Positions 58,356-64,000 of a stretch of 64,000 bases of DNA are shown here, piece after piece; position 1 is the first letter of the stretch; each line of letters begins with the position of its first letter. A program made the translations under genes and the position numbers. The notes below the pieces were generated by a model that was not told the DNA's origin, searched no databases, and worked only from the letters and a program-made list of their open reading frames with translations. This DNA comes from the human T2T-CHM13v2.0 reference genome, Homo sapiens. The stretch lies in assembly GCF_009914755.1 (NCBI RefSeq), contig NC_060933.1; one strand, 5' to 3'.

Positions 58356-59685
58356 GATCTGAGCCTCCTAATGCAGGTGCTTGTCCACCACATTCAAGGA
58401 ACAATTAACTTTAAGTTTGTATTTCTGGATTTATAAATGTTAAGAGTGACTTCAGAGAATGACAGAATTCTCTTGCAATAACTGAATAGCCTTCCGTTGT
58501 GCTATGGTGGTGTAAGGGTTTCCTTCTGTAGTTTTTATTAATTAGCACAAATGACTTTGTCCCGTGAGTACTTACATCCCCTAGGAGAAAAAAAGGCATA
58601 TTATCCTTACTTCCCCTGCTATTTGTGTTCAAGAGTGTACAGAGCTTTGCATTCCCATCTACTGAAACCGTGCAGATTGGCCGGGGCCCACCCAGGTTTG
58701 GCTGTCTGCACATATACAGCCAGGGACTCCAGCCCATGGTGGGAGCCTCTTGAGGGCCCCCAGTGGCAACTGTGTCAGAAAGGGACATTGTAAGTAGCAT
58801 AACTTTATAAAATAGTTAAGGTTGGTTCGGGCTTGAGAGGGAAGGAATGTCAGACACTACAGTGGTGCTAAGTTTGCAAATAGGCTGTGGCAGGTGGAAA
58901 ACACACCTAAGAGGGCCTAGTCTTTTTTTCCCTTCAGTGTCTTTATTTGATAAATAAAAGAGGAGGAATTAGCCAGTGGTGGACTTAAGCAAATGTTTTA
59001 GATTGGCATTTTGGGAGGGCTCTGTGTGGTTGGCAGGATGGTTGGCACCCCCAGGCTGGCCCACTGCTGCGAGGGTGTCTCCGTGGTCCCAGGGAAGATC
59101 AGGGGATGGCTCAGTGTGCAGGGAGGGCCTCAGCAAGGTCTTGGGAAGGTGTGTGCAGAGCCCCTATGAATCTCGTGGATTGCTTGCTGTGTGCTGAGGG
59201 CTGTGTTTAGGCACCCCTGTCCCTGGAGGAATCAGTGGCTCATTAATTTCCTGGAGCTCCACGGGCAGAGCAGCCAGGGTCCCTGATGAGGGTGACAAGC
59301 AATGGGAGGAGGCTTGTGGCTTGTGGAAATGGAAGGGAGCCCTGTGAGTGTGCAGGTTTTCTCATGGGGATCTCACGCCCAAGGATGGGAGTGCGGGGGT
59401 GGTAGGGTGGGGTGGGGGTGGCCAGCCTTTTGTCAATTCCACACCATCACACGGCCATCTGTCCTCCTCTCTGGAGCTCTTTTTCACCTGTCCTTCTTCT
59501 TCCATCCCAGTGGCTCCTAACTGGGCTTTCTCATCCTCTACCTGCTTCTCTGTGTCCCAGCCTGGGTTGTTTCTTCAGATCTCTCTTCCAGTTCACGAGT
59601 TCTCTGAAGGTGGTGGAACTATCGAACAAAAGTATGTAAATTGTTCGTTGAGTATGTAAATTGTTCGTTGAGTTTTGCATTTTAA

Positions 59686-60002
<317 letters not shown>

Positions 60003-61789
60003 TCCTAGAGGTTCTTGTTTATTGACTTTGATCATTTTTTTCTAGCGTGTGTGAATGTGCAGTTCCCTGTTTTGAATTTTTTTTTTCCCAGCAAGCTCAT
60101 GGTTATGCCTGGGTCCTAGCTGTATGGACATCTCTGCCACCTGGGACCTCGGGTGCATGGGAAATGCCAGAAGCATCTTTTTAGATTCTCTGGACTCACT
60201 CTTGGGGGCAGATTGCCAGGAGTAAGGTTATTTGGTCAAAGGATTGTAGTCGAGTTTTATAGCTCATTTGTTGTGATGTTGCCCCTCAAAGGGTCACTTA
60301 GGTGTGGCCTAGCCTCAGGGCAGACTGGTGAGGCCTGCATGAAGAATGGAACCTTCTGGCTCTCCCAGAGCCCGAGGCTGGGAGCCCTACCCAGGGGTCT
60401 CAGGATACAGCAGGGCAGAGGTGAATGCTGTGAAGCAAGGGAACCGCTGAGTTGCTTGGACTGGGAGGGGGGCGCGGAGGTGGGGGCCAAGAAATGTAGT
60501 GGGTGACCAGGTCTGCCCTTTCCTCTCAGGGCCCTGGGGCTTCAGCGGTTGCTGGGCTGGATGATCACGTTCATGCCATGAATCTTGTGGATTCCGTGTT
60601 GGTGCCGAGGGCTGGGCTCTGCCTCAGTAGGCTATGTGGACAGGAGGAACAAAGGCCAACCTAAACACTTGCTTTCTATGATCCCGGTCTGAGAAAAGAC
60701 CCCAGGGTCAGAGGCACTCGGATGGCCCAGGAGAGGCCAGTGACTGCACGCTGCCCTCCCGACCCCGACTTAGCTGTGGTTGTCTACGGCAGGGAAGGCT
60801 GGCATTTCCGGCGACAGAGTTTAGGGCATTGACAAGCAGTGGACACGGTCTATGTTGTTGTGGTTATTTTTGAGAAGCTCATGGTCTTCCCAAAGTAATG
60901 CTGGCTCTGGACTCCTGTAGGACACACTGCTGGGGTCACTGTTCCCCTCTGGGCCAGCCCTCACCTTGGGACCTACAGCTGCTGATCTCTGTCTCTAGCC
61001 TCTCCCTGCTTAAGTCCAGTTGTGGAACATTCACCCACGATGCAGACCTTATGGGGCCTGGGACACCCGTCATCTGCAGATTCAAGGGGGATCTGACCTC
61101 AATCTGCTGTCAGGACATGCTGGGTGCTACCCTACATCACTGCCAGAGCCACCTCAAGGTGCACATTCACCTTTCTTTGCCTGGTAGCGCCCCTCATCTG
61201 CACACCTACCTACCTGGGGAAGCCTCATTCATCTGTCAGGACCAGCCCCAGCATCGCCTCCTCCCAGAGGCATTCCTCTCTCCCATGGCATCCCCATAGG
61301 GTTCTGTGTGCCCTGATACAGTGCATTCTCCTTAAATGCTCACCTTCAGTCTGAGGCCTTGGGGCTGGCTCTGCTTGGCCACCTCCAGATCCCCCAGCCT
61401 GAAGCCTGGTTCTGGCCCCAGCAGCCTATTGCTGGAGTCAGGAGACGGCAGTGTGTGCCCATTGGCCTCTCCTGGACTGTCAAAGTGAGCATCTCTGCTG
61501 AGTTGGGCAGAGTCCCAGCTTCTAACTCTGGAAACAGATGGGGGAGTGCAGGGAGGCACAGAGGGGATTCTGAGATGGGGACACCCCTCTGAGATGGGAA
61601 AAACAGGTTGATGTGTGGTAGGGAAGAGGCCTGCAGGGCTGAGGTCTGGGCAAGGGTGGCATAGTGCAGGTGCCGGGGACCGAGTGAGTGAGTTGGCTCT
61701 CGACTCCTGGGTGTGGGAGGAGCCCTGGAGGAGGAATGGGCTCTGGCAGGGGCAGGAGGCCTTGCTGTTAAATTTAGCGAGACTTCTTT

Positions 61790-61811
61790 TTTTTTTTTTT
61801 TTGAGACGGAG
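61790..61811 (-). mobile_element. Ultra-truncated Alu (9 nt of 3' end plus tail) with a 14-bp TSD
   Basis: T-run plus gagacggag between agcgagacttcttt (61776-61789) and agcaagacttcttt (61812-61825). Confidence 0.75.
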
Positions 61812-61879
61812 AGCAAGACTTCTTTATATTCGTAGAGGATTTAGAGGATTCTGAGATTCCATAGCAGCATGGTTCATGA

Positions 61880-62199
<320 letters not shown>

Positions 62200-62454
62200 C
62201 AGAATTTCTTATATTCTAGTGCTCATCCATTTGCATGCCCATTGTTATTTTAAGTAATACCTGAGATAGAATCCTTGAATTCTGAGCCTTTTTTTTAGCA
62301 TTTCCTTCATGAGATTTTCCCATCTGGGTAGTTCTTCCCTTTATGTCTTAGCATTCCCACCCATGACCACTGATGACCCCACATTTCCCCAGAATCTTTC
62401 CTTTAGGAAGCATGTAGACATGCACACAGAACTTCTTCTACGTGATTTATTTTT

Positions 62455-64000
62455 AGTAGACTTAAGTTTTTTAGAACAATTTTAGATTTACAGTAAGACA
62501 GAGTGAAAAGATCGAGAGTTCCCACATAACTCCTCCCCGATTTCCCCATTCATAGCGTCTTGCATTAATGTAGTATATTTATTATGATTGATGAGCCAGT
62601 ATTGATACATACTCATTAACAAAGTCTGTAGTTTACACTAGTATTTACTTTTTGTGTTGTACATTTTTATTTTATACATTTTTTTGAAACAGGGTCTTGC
62701 TCTGTTGCCCTGGCTGGAGTGCAGTGGTGTGATTAGAGCTCACTGTAACCTCTAAAGGCTGGACTCAAGCAGTCCTCCCACCTCAGTCTCCCAAAGTGCT
62801 GGGATTACAGGCGTGAGCCACTGTGACTGGCCTTCTATGGGTTTTGACTGTAAAGTCAAACCATTACAATGTAATATACACCATTAAAATGTATCCACCA
62901 TTGCAATGTAATACAGAAGAGTTTCATCTAAAGTCCTCTGTGCTCTGCCTATCCATCCCTCCCCGTACCCCCAAACCTCTGATAACCACTGATGTTTTTA
63001 CTGTCTCCATATCTTTGCCTTTTGCAGAATGTCATGTAGTAGACATTCTGTCTACTTTACTGTCTCCATAGCTTTGCCTTTTGCAGAATGTCATATAGTA
63101 GAAATCACGTAGTATGTCGGCTTTTCACTTGGGCTTCTTTTACTTAGTAATATACGTTTAAGACTCTTCATGTTTTTTTCATGACCTGATAGTTCTTTTT
63201 AGCACTGAGTAATATTTCATTGTCTGGATGTACCACAGTTTATTTATCCATTCACCTACTGAAGGGCATCTTGGTTGCTTCCAAATTTTGGCAATTATGA
63301 ATAAAGCTGCTATAAACATCCATGTGCAAGTTTTTCTGTGTAGACATGTTTTCAGCTCCTTTGGGTAGATACCAAGGAGTATAATGATTGCTGGATCATT
63401 TGGTAAGAGTGTGTTTAGTTTTGGGTTTTTTTTCTTTTTTTTCAACAGGGTCTGGCTCTGTTGCCCGGGCTGGAGTGCAGTGGCGTGATCTCAGCTCACT
63501 GCAACCTCCACCTCCTGGGGTCAAGCCAGCGTCCCACCCCAGCCTCCTAAGTAAGTAGCTGAGACTCTGCCACCGTGCTCAGCTAATTTTTGTATTTTTT
63601 GTAGAGATGGGGTTTTGCCACATTGCCCAGGCTGGTCTTGAACTCCTGAGCTCAAGCAATCCACCTGCCTCAGCTTCCCAAAGTGCTAGGATTACAGGCT
63701 GGGCGCCACCATGCCCAGCCTGTGTGGTTTTATAAGAAACCACCAAACTGTCTTCCATAGTGGCTGTACCATTTTGCATCCCCACCAGCAATGAATGAGA
63801 GTTCGTGTTGCTCTACATCCTTGTCAGCATTTGGTGTTGTCTGTGTTCTGGATTTTGGCCTTACATAATAGGAGCTCATTGTTGTTTTAATTTGCATTTC
63901 CCTGATGAAATATAATGTGGAACATCTTTTCATGTACTTATTTGCTATCCGTATATCTTCTTTAGTGAAGTGTTTGTTTAGTTATTTGGCCCAATTTATA
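62455..64000 (-). mobile_element. L1MC/MB 3' region antisense to PHF2, with a nested FLAM/Alu monomer (~62679-62832) and an AluJ-like element (~63426-63720)
   Basis: Minus-strand peptides MFIAALFIIAKIWKQPRCPSVGEWINKLWYI and [10 protein letters not shown] are the L1 ORF2 C-terminus. Confidence 0.88.

Overview
Human/primate genomic DNA recognised as the FAM120A-PHF2 locus (9q22). Bases 1-23.5 kb hold the last 8 coding exons and 3' UTR of FAM120A (+). All eight exons have canonical splice sites and splice into one continuous frame ending ...AAVLNKEE*. A small orphan CpG island with a strong CTCF motif follows the poly(A) site, then about 10 kb of repeat-rich intergenic DNA. The PHF2 CpG-island promoter and exon 1 ([10 protein letters not shown]..., first half of the PHD finger) lie at 33-35 kb, and the remaining ~30 kb is PHF2 intron 1. 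The non-coding DNA carries many Alus, L1/L2/MIR fragments, DNA-transposon relics (Tigger3a, MER82, MER33, MER20 x2, MER94, MER85, MADE1/mir-548au), a tailless tRNA-Cys half, a 5S rRNA pseudogene and several tandem repeats. Almost all entries in the supplied ORF track are spurious. I cannot demonstrate a new biological system. The best candidate is an in-frame 108-nt cryptic exon in PHF2 intron 1 (57387-57494) beside a ~220-nt UG tract, an arrangement typical of TDP-43-repressed exons, which would split the PHD finger. Two intronic minisatellites rich in splice-signal motifs are also notable. Gene names and repeat subfamilies come from recalled sequences, not database searches.
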